A stretch of DNA of 64,000 nucleotides, taken from an uncultured virus (IMG/VR IMGVR_UViG_3300042934_000354). Its lineage: Duplodnaviria > Heunggongvirae > Uroviricota > Caudoviricetes. Position numbers and translations under genes: made by a program. Position 1 is the first letter of the stretch, and each line of letters starts with the position of its first letter. Below the pieces are notes generated by a model, which saw nothing but the letters and a program-made list of their open reading frames with translations, searched no databases and was not told where the DNA came from. This document shows, one piece after another, positions 16,510 to 26,147 of the stretch. The stretch lies in the IMG/VR virus record IMGVR_UViG_3300042934_000354; one strand, written 5' to 3'.

Positions 16510-17287
16510 AAACTACTACTCTCGTGAAGCGAATCAGGAATATATGAGCGTTTCACAATACAAAGACTTCATCAAGTGCGAATCTGCGGCGATGGCTAAG
16601 CTCAACGGGTCATATACGGACATGAAGCATGAAGCATTATTGGTTGGGTCCTATGTACACGCTGCATTGGAAAGTGACGAGGCGTTTGAAGCTTTTAAAT
16701 CATCAACCCCGGATATTTACACGGCTAAGAAGGAGCTAAAGGCACCTTTTAAGGCAGCTAACAATATGATTGATGCGGTTTTAGCTGATGATCTGTGCAA
16801 TAAGGTGCTTGAAGGAGAGAAAGAAGTGATCCTTACGGCTGATATCTTTGGGACCATGTGGAAATCGAAACTAGATGTACTGTCCCGGGAGAATGGACGG
16901 TTCACTGATATTAAAACGGTGAAATCAATCCGGGAAAAATATTGGAACGGCACAAAATATGTGTCCTTCATCCAGATGTACGGATATGACATTCAAATGG
17001 CAATGTATGCCGAGATCGAAAGATTAAGTGGCGAAATGAAATTCGAATATCTTGAGCCAACATTGCTGGCTGTATCCAAGGAAGAGGTACCAGATAAAGA
17101 AATCATCTGGTTTGACGATCAAATTATCCAAGAAAAGCTTCGAGAAGTAGAGCAGAAGCTGCCACATATTCTGGATGTTAAATTCGGTAATGTTAAGCCG
17201 GCCGGTTGTGGACGCTGCAATTACTGCAAGTCTCAAAAAAGATTGGGCAGCATGACACATTACCTTGACTTGCTTGAGGCTATATAA
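16490..17287 (+). CDS. PD-(D/E)XK exonuclease (DUF3799/RecE-like)
   Basis: SVSQYK, GSYVH, KSKLD...DIKT, Y.IQMAMY, C-terminal CGRCNYC. Confidence 0.85.
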   Translation: MMELTAENYYSREANQEYMSVSQYKDFIKCESAAMAKLNGSYTDMKHEALLVGSYVHAALESDEAFEAFKSSTPDIYTAKKELKAPFKAANNMIDAVLADDLCNKVLEGEKEVILTADIFGTMWKSKLDVLSRENGRFTDIKTVKSIREKYWNGTKYVSFIQMYGYDIQMAMYAEIERLSGEMKFEYLEPTLLAVSKEEVPDKEIIWFDDQIIQEKLREVEQKLPHILDVKFGNVKPAGCGRCNYCKSQKRLGSMTHYLDLLEAI

Positions 17288-17299
17288 CGGAGGTGACTT

Positions 17300-17632
17300 A
17301 TGGCAATCGACATCATCCAGATTAACCAAGAAATCTATGCGGCCTCTCAGCGACTGAGCAAGGCCGCAGACACTCTGTACGCGCTGGGCAAGTCAAAGGC
17401 TGAGTCCGAGCAGGCGTACCGCGTCAAGCTGGCGCAGGAAATGATCAAGCTGAAGACCGAAGGCATGAGCATCGGCATGATCGGTGATGTAGCCAAGGGT
17501 AATGTCGGGGATTACCTATTCAAGCGAGACTATGACGAAACCATTTGGAAGGCTGCTATAGAGTCCATTGGAGCCATTCAGACACAGATATCTGCATTAC
17601 AGTCCATCATCAAATATCAAAATGAGGTGTGA
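17300..17632 (+). CDS. Helical hypothetical protein
   Basis: GGAGG SD, 110 aa. Confidence 0.7.
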   Translation: MAIDIIQINQEIYAASQRLSKAADTLYALGKSKAESEQAYRVKLAQEMIKLKTEGMSIGMIGDVAKGNVGDYLFKRDYDETIWKAAIESIGAIQTQISALQSIIKYQNEV

Positions 17633-18051
17633 CCATGCGAAAGAAGCCCAAAAAGGAAGTGATGCCCTGGAGACAGGGCGTCCTTTCCCACCATCAGCGC
17701 GGCAGCATGAAGAGAGGTGACGCTACAAAAGTTACCTGGGAGGTTAGGCAGGAGGTTAACAGGCGATCCATGGAGCTGCGCGGAACGGATATCCCCTGCT
17801 GCGAGAAATGCGGGACCACAAAGAACCTCACAAAGGCACACATCGTCAACGCCAGCCAAGGCGGTTTAGGTTACGATCCGGCTAACATTATGAATCTCTG
17901 CGGTACGCATGGATTAACAGATACATGCCATCACAAAAGTGACAACTCATATACCGGCCGGCAGTGGAAGAAACAATACGGCGCGATGCTGCGGCTCTAT
18001 TACAGCGAGGGTAACGGTAAAAACTATTGGAGTTATAAGGAGGAAGCCTGA
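17629..18051 (+). CDS. HNH-like endonuclease
   Basis: CEKCG...AHI...GG....N...LC......CH. Confidence 0.7.
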   Translation: MTMRKKPKKEVMPWRQGVLSHHQRGSMKRGDATKVTWEVRQEVNRRSMELRGTDIPCCEKCGTTKNLTKAHIVNASQGGLGYDPANIMNLCGTHGLTDTCHHKSDNSYTGRQWKKQYGAMLRLYYSEGNGKNYWSYKEEA

Positions 18052-18287
18052 TGAAACTGTGGGATCAATTCCTTGAATTGAAAGCTCAAATCCACAACAT
18101 CACCATAGACGAAGATAAACGGCACGCAGACGTTCGTTTCCTCCGGTCCGTTGAATCTATCGAGAGAACCTTGAAACGCTCTCTCACAGGATCTGAGTAC
18201 CGTATCCTGTTCACTTTGGACGATCCGCAGGCTGAGATTGTTAAAAATCTACTGAAAGAGGCGAAAGAGAATGGGCAGAGAGATTAA
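18051..18287 (+). CDS. Hypothetical protein
   Basis: Homolog 61425-61646. Confidence 0.7.
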   Translation: MKLWDQFLELKAQIHNITIDEDKRHADVRFLRSVESIERTLKRSLTGSEYRILFTLDDPQAEIVKNLLKEAKENGQRD

Positions 18288-18696
18288 ATTTAGAGCATGG
18301 GATAACGAAAATAAGTGTTTTTTCGCGGATACCAACAGAGCGTATGATAATGTAATCGAGCAATTGCTGATATCTCCAGCAGGTGACATCAACCTTCGCA
18401 AAATGAACGGAATGTACCACGAGTCAATGTTCCCGGGGCGGTTCGTATTGCAGCAATACACCGGACTCAAGGATATTGACAGCCGTGATATCTACGAAGG
18501 TGATATATGTGAGGCCGAGCAAGTGCTCTATCCACTTACTGGAACTCGTACAGGGATCGTGAAATATCATGACGGTTCGTACCTGCTTGAAGATTTAAAC
18601 GGATTGGATGGAGATTTTCTGTTCAGTGAAACAGCAGAAACTAGGATCATCGGCAACATCTACGAAAACCCCGAACTTTTGGAGGTCACCCCATGA
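18271..18696 (+). CDS. YopX-family protein
   Basis: REIKFRAWD...QYTGLKD...IYEGDI...IGNIYENPELL. Confidence 0.92.
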   Translation: MGREIKFRAWDNENKCFFADTNRAYDNVIEQLLISPAGDINLRKMNGMYHESMFPGRFVLQQYTGLKDIDSRDIYEGDICEAEQVLYPLTGTRTGIVKYHDGSYLLEDLNGLDGDFLFSETAETRIIGNIYENPELLEVTP

Positions 18697-18833
18697 AACA
18701 ACTCGTAACCCGTGATCAGCACGGCACCATATGCACCACCCGGGAAGAGACACTTCCCACCTTGAACGAAATGCTGCTACGTGTGAGCGTGGCCCTACTG
18801 ATCCTTGCTGCGGCACTGGCGGTGATTCTATGA
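18693..18833 (+). CDS. Small C-terminally anchored membrane protein (46 aa)
   Basis: ATGA coupling; conserved at 62052-62192. Confidence 0.7.
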   Translation: MKQLVTRDQHGTICTTREETLPTLNEMLLRVSVALLILAAALAVIL

Positions 18834-18991
18834 GAGAACAAATCGCTATGTGGAAGGAATTCATCACCGTATATACCACAGCCTTAGCAGAGGCAGAGAA
18901 ATACGGTGATGTGGGCGGCACAGAGTGGAACAAGCACATGATTGACTTTTACCAGGAGAAGATTGACGAGGCGGAAAGGCAGAGTGCTTAG
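18830..18991 (+). CDS. Hypothetical protein
   Basis: Coupled ATG; weak homolog 62619-62813. Confidence 0.6.
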   Translation: MREQIAMWKEFITVYTTALAEAEKYGDVGGTEWNKHMIDFYQEKIDEAERQSA

Positions 18992-19206
18992 TCCGGGACG
19001 TGCTCAAGCAGATCACCAGGTTGACACTTGAAATATACACATAACTTGTTAAGGGTATCGTAGTCGATGCCCTTTCCTTCACCATCATATAGCTTCGTCA
19101 GCGTTTTCCTGGTGATGTTCGTTTCTTTCTCAAGAGCTGAGAAACTTTTTATCTTATTAACACCCATTAGTTCAGATAGTTTCACTTTTATCATAGTTAC
19201 CACCAT
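18988..19206 (-). CDS. HTH_26 (YozG-like) regulator
   Basis: TLNKLC.YF.CQPGDLLE; homolog 62810-63043. Confidence 0.88.
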   Translation of the reverse strand: MVVTMIKVKLSELMGVNKIKSFSALEKETNITRKTLTKLYDGEGKGIDYDTLNKLCVYFKCQPGDLLEHVPD

Positions 19207-19329
19207 TTCATTGATTAATTAATTCTATCATATCCATGGTTACGCAAAAATAAATGATTCAATAATAAACTGCGTACTACTGTACACATTATGCGTATTA
19301 TAGTACACTGTAGTTATAGGAGGTGCACG

Positions 19330-19503
19330 ATGATGCTAGTTGATGTAAAACAGATTGGTAATCGGCTTGGAGTTAGCAGAGGCACCGTCTTTCGTCTGAT
19401 GAGAGAAGGGATGCCACACAAGAAGCTCACGCCGCGCACTCTGAGATTTGATGAAGACGAAGTGCTTGAGTGGGTCGAAAAAATTCAGAAGAAGGCTGTT
19501 TAG
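19330..19503 (+). CDS. AlpA/Xis-like winged-helix protein
   Basis: LGVSRGTVFRL...GMP....RF...EV.EW; homolog 63160-63330. Confidence 0.8.
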   Translation: MMLVDVKQIGNRLGVSRGTVFRLMREGMPHKKLTPRTLRFDEDEVLEWVEKIQKKAV

Positions 19504-19514
19504 GTGGTGTCCAT

Positions 19515-20312
19515 ATGGACGGATGGATAAAGCTTCATCGGAAGATTAGGGATAACCCTGTTTTCAACGACATGAATTTATTCCGGTTATGGATGATTTG
19601 TCTCACTGAAGCAACACACAAAGAGCATGATCAACTGGTCGGAAAACAGATCGTAAAGTTGCTGCCAGGAGAGTTCGTTACCGGACGTTTTGACCTTGCT
19701 GAAATGTACAATCGTGGGTTAAAGAAAAAAGATCAAAAACCACCAACTTCTATCTGGAGATGGTTAGAAACTTTAGAAAACAACGATTTTCTGGTCATCA
19801 AATCGAACAACAAATTCTCAGTAGTAGCAGTACTTAAATGGCTAGAATATCAATCTGATGGTCAACAAAGTGGTCAACAAGTGGTCAACAAGCGGTCAAC
19901 AGATGGTCAACAAGTGGTCACAAACAAGAATGTAAAGAATGTAGAGAATGTTGAGAATGTTGAGAATGAAGATAATTTAAAAACTTTGGCGGAAGTTACC
20001 GCCATGTATGATCCAGAGTTTGAACTGTTCTGGATGGAATACCCTTCACAAAGAAGAAGGGATAAAGCTAAGTCTTATACCATTTGGAAAAAGGAAGTAA
20101 AGGCCATCCCCAAAGATCAGTTAACCGAATGTGTTAAACGATACGCCAAGGATAAACGAGCAATTGGGAATGATGGTAAATACGCTAAGATGCCAACTAC
20201 ATTTCTAAACGCAAAAACATATAAAGACTATTTAACGGGAGGGGAAAACTATGCACGCGACAGACTTTCTGAAGGCTCTACCGGAAAATACTCAGAATTT
20301 ATTATTGAGTGA
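19515..20312 (+). CDS. Phage replication initiator / replisome organiser
   Basis: GWIKLHRKI N-terminus, internal iterons, FELFW.EYP...K...PTTFLN C-terminus. Confidence 0.88.
   Translation: MDGWIKLHRKIRDNPVFNDMNLFRLWMICLTEATHKEHDQLVGKQIVKLLPGEFVTGRFDLAEMYNRGLKKKDQKPPTSIWRWLETLENNDFLVIKSNNKFSVVAVLKWLEYQSDGQQSGQQVVNKRSTDGQQVVTNKNVKNVENVENVENEDNLKTLAEVTAMYDPEFELFWMEYPSQRRRDKAKSYTIWKKEVKAIPKDQLTECVKRYAKDKRAIGNDGKYAKMPTTFLNAKTYKDYLTGGENYARDRLSEGSTGKYSEFIIE
19859..19968 (+). repeat. Replication-origin iterons
   Basis: Six ~11-bp GGTCAACAA(GT) repeats, then 9-bp AGAATGT repeats, inside the initiator gene. Confidence 0.8.
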
Positions 20313-21090
20313 TCCTATTGTGGAGCATTGGGGATGTTGTGTCGTCTGCAAAAAATTGCTCGGATATAAAGAGTATTTCGTCCTAGGTAGAACTAAGAGA
20401 TTGCCGATTCATTGCGATTGCGAGATAGCTTATGACAAACGAATGAAGGAAATTGAAGAACGCAAGGTAAGGTTATTATCCGTTCAAAAGACATTTAACC
20501 GTTTCAATCTCATACCGGAATCATTAGAAAATGCTGGATTTAAAAATTTCACAGTAAGACCAGGAACAGAGAAATGCCTTCAGCTTGCGAAAGAGTTTTA
20601 TGTGAATTTCGAAAAAGAAAAGATGGGATATGTATTCTTCGGGAGCGTTGGTAATGGAAAGAGCCATCTAGCAAGAGCAATACAGCGTTCTCTTGATGCG
20701 GATGGATGGCCCACTCTATTTCTGGATTGGCCTAAACTTGCTGACCTCACAAGAAAAGCGATTAGTGACAAGAGTATTAATATTGGTTCAATCGTGCAGG
20801 CCGCAATCAATGTGGATATGCTGGTGCTGGATGATATAGGAACCGGACATATGACGGATTACGAATTCAAAACAGTAGCTTTTCCTTTAATAAACGGAAG
20901 GCAGGGGAAGAAAACAATTTATACCAGCAACCTAGACCCGGATCGACTGGAAGCTTGGTTTGCTGCTGATAAAGATGGAAAACCGTTAGACGAAGATGGG
21001 AGATGCATTGATAGGATCATAGGTTCATGCAGATTTGTATTGAATAAGGCAACAAGCATGCGGCGTGAGAGAGCAAAAATAATCGAATGA
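20251..21090 (+). CDS. DnaC/IstB-like helicase loader ATPase
   Basis: Walker A GSVGNGKSH, Walker B LVLDDIG, TSNL. Confidence 0.92.
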   Translation: MHATDFLKALPENTQNLLLSDPIVEHWGCCVVCKKLLGYKEYFVLGRTKRLPIHCDCEIAYDKRMKEIEERKVRLLSVQKTFNRFNLIPESLENAGFKNFTVRPGTEKCLQLAKEFYVNFEKEKMGYVFFGSVGNGKSHLARAIQRSLDADGWPTLFLDWPKLADLTRKAISDKSINIGSIVQAAINVDMLVLDDIGTGHMTDYEFKTVAFPLINGRQGKKTIYTSNLDPDRLEAWFAADKDGKPLDEDGRCIDRIIGSCRFVLNKATSMRRERAKIIE

Positions 21091-21094
21091 GAGG

Positions 21095-21409
21095 ATGATT
21101 TTAATGGAAATCAATATTAAATTTCCGCAGTTGTTCTGTTTTCAATTAGTGAAAGATACAAAAACAAATAAATTAAACGTGTCAGCTATGCCAATGGGCA
21201 ACAAAGTAAAGAGAGAAAACATTAAATTCAGATCTGTAAAAAGTTACTCATGGGATGGACTAACACATTTTGCTGTCATTAGTGTTGAGGAAATGAATAA
21301 CCATGATGAACTACGGGACGAGTTAAGAAGATTGCAAGATCTTTGGGTCATAGATATAGCAAATCCATTCATAGTGGATGTTTCGAATGATGATTTAATA
21401 ATCAAGTAA
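21095..21409 (+). CDS. Hypothetical protein
   Basis: ORF in the early operon. Confidence 0.55.
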   Translation: MILMEINIKFPQLFCFQLVKDTKTNKLNVSAMPMGNKVKRENIKFRSVKSYSWDGLTHFAVISVEEMNNHDELRDELRRLQDLWVIDIANPFIVDVSNDDLIIK

Positions 21410-21477
21410 TGCTGGGACCGGACCGCAGACCACAAAGCAAGAGTGAACCGGCTTAAATAAGAGAGGATGGATGAACA

Positions 21478-22164
21478 GTGAGTTATTACGATGAGGATTT
21501 TTACTGTGAACCGAGTGAGTTTGAACAGCAAGTAAACGAATTCAAAGAATCTTTGATGAATGCCGTGAAGGATGAACATAAAGCAGAGATTGAACGGCTG
21601 CGGAAAAAAAATATTGAATTACAAGATGTTAAAAAGAACATTGACACAATTAAACGTGATTACAACCAAAAGGTTAGTGAATTAGAAATTCAGAAACGAA
21701 ATCTAAAAAATGAGGTGCGCCGTGAGCGACTACAAGAACTAATGGGTGATTTTATGGCCGAGTTGTTCTCTCCAAGTAGGGATCGGAAAAGCGGACCGAA
21801 ATGTGATAAGTGCAACGACAAGAGACGTATTACTTTTCTATCTCCGTCAGGAAAGGAAATGGAAGAGGTTTGCACATGCAGCAACAACATTATATTTTTC
21901 AAACCAACCGCAAATATATGCTCTTCATTTGCAGTTAGGAACGGGGAATTTATAGCTTGGTATAAATCTTACTCGATTGATAGATCAGACGGCATGGAAT
22001 TAGAATCATTGGGAGTTTCTAGTGTTGCTAAATTCATTTGGTCTGGTGAGAGTTTCGAGAAAATCGAAGAACGACACCACAATGTTTACTTCAGAACCTT
22101 GGAAGATTGTCAGGCATACTGTGACTGGTTGACCGAACAGGAAAATAAAAAGGTGAGCGCATGA
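21478..22164 (+). CDS. Coiled-coil/Zn-ribbon hypothetical phage protein
   Basis: CDKC...CTC motif; SD present. Confidence 0.7.
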   Translation: MSYYDEDFYCEPSEFEQQVNEFKESLMNAVKDEHKAEIERLRKKNIELQDVKKNIDTIKRDYNQKVSELEIQKRNLKNEVRRERLQELMGDFMAELFSPSRDRKSGPKCDKCNDKRRITFLSPSGKEMEEVCTCSNNIIFFKPTANICSSFAVRNGEFIAWYKSYSIDRSDGMELESLGVSSVAKFIWSGESFEKIEERHHNVYFRTLEDCQAYCDWLTEQENKKVSA

Positions 22165-22295
22165 ACGCTCCAATCGACGACTACGACCTATACGACAAAG
22201 ACTTCGCGGCCTGGTGGCGCAAGGGGCTGGAATCCTTCGGGATGGACACGAGCATCGTGGATGAATGGGAACGTGATCAGGCTGAGGCAGCATAA
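22161..22295 (+). CDS. Small acidic protein (44 aa)
   Basis: ATGA coupling; MNAPIDDYDLYDKDFAAWW... Confidence 0.5.
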   Translation: MNAPIDDYDLYDKDFAAWWRKGLESFGMDTSIVDEWERDQAEAA

Positions 22296-22312
22296 CAAGG
22301 GAGGAAACAGGG

Positions 22313-22582
22313 ATGAAGAAGATGAGTAATGGCGAACGTGCACAATTCGTAGGGAAAAAAATTATTGAGGCTACGGAAAATGACAAGACGATGGAGGACT
22401 TAACACAAACGCTGCTGGCTATGAGTTACACACTTGGTAGCATGACATGCGAGTTTCCGAAGGATAAGCGCCCGGAATTGCTGATGTTGATGTGCGAGAT
22501 GGTGGGAAAAGGACATATGGACGTTTCAAAAGGTATGGGAGAGCCAAGTGATCTGCAGATCATCAGAGGACATAGGGATTAG
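22313..22582 (+). CDS. Hypothetical protein
   Basis: GGGAGG SD. Confidence 0.65.
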   Translation: MKKMSNGERAQFVGKKIIEATENDKTMEDLTQTLLAMSYTLGSMTCEFPKDKRPELLMLMCEMVGKGHMDVSKGMGEPSDLQIIRGHRD

Positions 22583-22682
22583 AGCTAATACAAGCCCCAC
22601 ACAGGCGATAAAACCGCAAGGCAAGGCACAAGTTAGGGTATGACCAATCAAGCGCTCTACGGGGCGTATAGAAGGCGAGAGG

Positions 22683-22964
22683 ATGAAGGGAATGATCAGA
22701 ACAATGGTGCTGTTAGAAGACGGAAGTAGCAGAATGGTGACGATGACTGTGGATATGATAGGAAAACTCGCTAAAACGATAAGTGAAACGGGAATTGAAC
22801 ACATGAGAATTGCATCACAAGAAGTATTGACGGTCGTGGGATTTATGGTGATTGGCAAAAAGACTGGTGAGCGAGTGATTGTTTTGCCGAAGGCCCCCGA
22901 ATCGACCGAATCACCCAGCGACAGCGGCAGCCGTATAGAGGGGTCTGGGGGTTCCTATGAATAA
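22683..22964 (+). CDS. Hypothetical protein (C-terminus runs through the repeated motif)
   Basis: ORF track; SD. Confidence 0.5.
   Translation: MKGMIRTMVLLEDGSSRMVTMTVDMIGKLAKTISETGIEHMRIASQEVLTVVGFMVIGKKTGERVIVLPKAPESTESPSDSGSRIEGSGGSYE
22886..22947 (+). repeat. Structured repeat motif, copy 1
   Basis: GCC-GAA-GGC..CGAATC-GACCGAA..ACCCA-GC-GACA-GC-GGCAGCCG. Confidence 0.7.
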
Positions 22965-23247
22965 ACTAACAGAGATCAAACGCCAATACGAAGGATTCAC
23001 TAAGGACCCTAAAACGTATGTAGCCATGCTGTCAATGGAGGAACTAGGCTACCTCCTTTCTCTCCTAGAAGAAAAGGACAAAGCCCTAGCGTTCTACGCA
23101 GACGAAAAGTTGTATGAGCAAGAACTGATGTACTTTGACGATGAGCAAACAGATAGTTATTTTGAAGCGCCGGATATTATGGATGATCACGGAACTATCG
23201 CCCGTAAAGCCCTTAATACATCCTCTAACAACGAAGGAGAGAAATGA
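22957..23247 (+). CDS. Hypothetical protein
   Basis: Coupled accessory ORF. Confidence 0.65.
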   Translation: MNKLTEIKRQYEGFTKDPKTYVAMLSMEELGYLLSLLEEKDKALAFYADEKLYEQELMYFDDEQTDSYFEAPDIMDDHGTIARKALNTSSNNEGEK

Positions 23248-23712
23248 ATGACACCAGAACGGATAGAAGAGATTGAGTTTTGGTACAGGGTAGCAGAAAA
23301 AAGTGTCTTGATAAAGTACGTGAGGGACCTGCTGGCTGCTCTAGAAGAGGCAGAGCAACAAAAAGAATCGTTATGTCGGAAATTAACAAAGCAGGAGCTT
23401 ATCCACGTTAACTATACTCGTCAATTAAAAGAAGCAGAAAAAGAAAACGAACACATTCATCGCTTGCTTAGTGATGAAGATGAATGCGCTCTAGAAGATC
23501 CGCATGACTTTTACAGCCGAAAATATTTTAGTGAGCGAAACGCTGCAGTTGAAGAAATGCAAAAATCAATTAAGCGGTTGGCAGAGGCACAACAGACCAT
23601 AGACCGACTAACCGCCGCATTAATTGCTGAACGGGACGATGCCATCACTTGGGACGGTATAGGCACGGTAAACCGGATCAATAAGGTGCTGGAAGGGGAG
23701 ACACAGCCATGA
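23248..23712 (+). CDS. Coiled-coil hypothetical protein
   Basis: Coupled accessory ORF. Confidence 0.65.
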   Translation: MTPERIEEIEFWYRVAEKSVLIKYVRDLLAALEEAEQQKESLCRKLTKQELIHVNYTRQLKEAEKENEHIHRLLSDEDECALEDPHDFYSRKYFSERNAAVEEMQKSIKRLAEAQQTIDRLTAALIAERDDAITWDGIGTVNRINKVLEGETQP

Positions 23713-24014
23713 GTAAAGAACAACAATTTTTGAATGACCTTCATCGTGGATACGAAATAAGAAGGATTGAAACAGTTATCGAAACTCTTGATGCAGGGGT
23801 TTTTAAAAGCCTGTCATCATATGCCGATGCTGAACATTTCCTAAGATTTGCATTAACAGAGATTCGTAGATTAAAAAAAGAAAATGCAGATGTAGAACAA
23901 CGGGTGCAGCGGCACGAAAAAGCTTTAAACGAAATAATTGCTTACAGTACAGATGAAAATGCTGTAGATGTCGCTAGTGTATCGATGGGATATGTGGAAG
24001 GTGAGCAGCCATGA
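23709..24014 (+). CDS. Hypothetical protein
   Basis: ATGA coupling. Confidence 0.65.
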   Translation: MSKEQQFLNDLHRGYEIRRIETVIETLDAGVFKSLSSYADAEHFLRFALTEIRRLKKENADVEQRVQRHEKALNEIIAYSTDENAVDVASVSMGYVEGEQP

Positions 24015-24403
24015 CACAGGTACAGACAATGACCAACCCGGAGCTTAACCGGGCGCTGGCGGAGTTGATGGGGTACACGGTAGAACCTAGCGTTCAAAGT
24101 GGAGTCTACCGCCTGATGAAAGGCGGGAAGATACAAGCGACATCCAGTGTGCCGGAGGAATTGATCTGGTCCTACGCTCCCGATTATGCCGGTGACCCTG
24201 CTGCCTCTCTAGAGGTACAGACAAAGGCTATAGAACAAGATCCTGCTGGATATATCGATAATCTGCAACTGGTCAAGACAGGACAAACGATGGATGTAGG
24301 ATATTGGACGCATCCAGATATTGCAATGCTACTCACCGCCAGCCCCCGAGAGAGGGCAGAGGCGGCATATATCACGCTACAGGAGGCGAAAGAGAATGGA
24401 TAG
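24011..24403 (+). CDS. Phage ABA-sandwich-like protein
   Basis: ELNRALAELMGY...PDY..D..AS..V pattern. Confidence 0.6.
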   Translation: MTQVQTMTNPELNRALAELMGYTVEPSVQSGVYRLMKGGKIQATSSVPEELIWSYAPDYAGDPAASLEVQTKAIEQDPAGYIDNLQLVKTGQTMDVGYWTHPDIAMLLTASPRERAEAAYITLQEAKENG

Positions 24404-24593
24404 ATATGAGAATCACCATGATGAATGGCGCGAAGAAGATAAAATGCTGAAGCTTGGAATTAATCCAGACTCAAGAAAATGTACCGAGTGCGGAGATAAC
24501 ATTGATGATCTATACCCTGAGTTCGATACATGCCATTCATGTTTCTTTGAGAAAGCGAGTGAAGAAAATGCCGAACGAACAGGGACGATATAA
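24396..24593 (+). CDS. Small Zn-binding protein
   Basis: AGGAGG SD; CTECG...CHSC. Confidence 0.6.
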   Translation: MDRYENHHDEWREEDKMLKLGINPDSRKCTECGDNIDDLYPEFDTCHSCFFEKASEENAERTGTI

Positions 24594-24906
24594 CCGGCAG
24601 GAAGTACTTGAAAGCAAATTGCCATACTTTATACCGCGTTCGCAACTCTGGAATGGACCTGTTTATCCCTTCGCGGTCCTACTGAGTAAGACACGATGCA
24701 AGGAGTTAGGCGTGCCGATCCTTAAAGATGGACATGAGCAGCCGTCAGCGTTCCTATATTCACCTAATGCCGGTAGAGGCACTAACGATCTGAATCACCG
24801 TTATCACGCCTTATATGACCGGACAGACGCTTACGAGGCGATTAAAGATAGGCTGCATCCACGCGAGATTATGGGTACACGGCCCGATGATGGTAGTAAG
24901 CAGTAG
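24568..24906 (+). CDS. Hypothetical protein
   Basis: Likely start ATG 24568 (MPNEQGR). Confidence 0.6.
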   Translation: MPNEQGRYNRQEVLESKLPYFIPRSQLWNGPVYPFAVLLSKTRCKELGVPILKDGHEQPSAFLYSPNAGRGTNDLNHRYHALYDRTDAYEAIKDRLHPREIMGTRPDDGSKQ

Positions 24907-24935
24907 ACGCATACGGCGCAGGAAGGGGAGGTAAT

Positions 24936-25754
24936 ATGTCAGTCCCGAGAATACTTCAATACCCGGGCAGCAAATGGAGCATGTATGACTGGATTAATGG
25001 TTACATGCCTTCCACACAGGCATTTCCGACCTATGTTGACTTGTTCTTCGGATCCGGCGGCGAGTTTTTTAATAAGCCGCGCCATCCGCTAGAGACGATT
25101 AATGATTTGGACGGGAATGTGGTTAATTTATTCAAAGTCATTCGGGACGATCCGGAAAAGTTAGCTCACGTGATGGAATGGACGCCGTACAGTCGGGAGG
25201 AGTACTACAGATCCTATGACGATGCAGATACGGACATTGAAAAAGCTCGGCGCTTCCTGGTGCGTACATGGCAAGCCATCGGAGCAAAAACAAGTGACCG
25301 GACCGGATGGAAAAGCGTCATACAGTTTGATAAAGCGCCCAATAAGACATTCGCCAAGGCATGGATGGAAGTGCCTGACAAGATAATGGCAGTCACCGAA
25401 AGGCTGAAAGGCGTTCAAATCGAGCAGCAACCAGCAGTGCAGATACTTCAGAGATACAAGCATAACGATGTTTTGATTTATGCGGATCCTCCTTATGTGC
25501 TATCAACCAGGTCGAAACGGATGTATAGGCACGAAATGAAGGATTCCGATCACATTGAATTGCTGGAAGCCTTGAAGGAGCACCCGGGTCCGGTTTTGTT
25601 GTCTGGATATGACCATCCTCTGTACAACGATATGCTGCATAACTGGAGGCGGGAAGAGTTAGCGGCTTATGCGGATTCAAAACGGCCACGGACTGAGGTT
25701 CTTTGGCTAAATCCAGTAGCAGCAGAACACAGCGCCCAGATAACGTTGTTTTGA
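24936..25754 (+). CDS. DNA adenine methyltransferase (D12/Dam class)
   Basis: YPGSK, DLFFGSG, NDLD, YADPPY. Confidence 0.93.
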   Translation: MSVPRILQYPGSKWSMYDWINGYMPSTQAFPTYVDLFFGSGGEFFNKPRHPLETINDLDGNVVNLFKVIRDDPEKLAHVMEWTPYSREEYYRSYDDADTDIEKARRFLVRTWQAIGAKTSDRTGWKSVIQFDKAPNKTFAKAWMEVPDKIMAVTERLKGVQIEQQPAVQILQRYKHNDVLIYADPPYVLSTRSKRMYRHEMKDSDHIELLEALKEHPGPVLLSGYDHPLYNDMLHNWRREELAAYADSKRPRTEVLWLNPVAAEHSAQITLF

Positions 25755-25825
25755 TGAACAGTACGAAAATACAGGGGACAGAGAGGGTATACAGCCCTCC
25801 TCTCCCACTAAGGGAGGAACAAACA

Positions 25826-26134
25826 GTGAACGTGTATAAAGTCAACGACTACTGGATTGCTGCAAAGGACGCTGATTCGGCATTCGTACAGTATTTAGAA
25901 GAGACAGATGGCATGGAGAACATGGAACCTGATGATATCGCAGAAGGAGAAGAGACAGAAATAACCGTGAGCATTTACAGATTAACATCACATGAAATTG
26001 AAGTGCAAACCGTCCCTTGTTGCGAGGATGGGTGCGATCGCTGCGATGGATTGAATGAACAACTTTACGACACATATCAAGAGTTACTGGCGCGGAGAAC
26101 TGATTTCCCGTGCGTCCTAGCAAAAGAACTTTAG
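25826..26134 (+). CDS. Acidic Cys-rich hypothetical protein
   Basis: GGGAGG SD before GTG 25826. Confidence 0.65.
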   Translation: MNVYKVNDYWIAAKDADSAFVQYLEETDGMENMEPDDIAEGEETEITVSIYRLTSHEIEVQTVPCCEDGCDRCDGLNEQLYDTYQELLARRTDFPCVLAKEL

Positions 26135-26147
26135 GGGAGGAAGCCCA

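Noticed and set aside
16490..17287. Cas4-like cysteine cluster
   Set aside because: Paired with ERF as a recombination exonuclease; no CRISPR context
19859..19968. Short tandem repeats resembling a CRISPR array
   Set aside because: No unique spacers and no cas genes; position in the initiator gene indicates iterons
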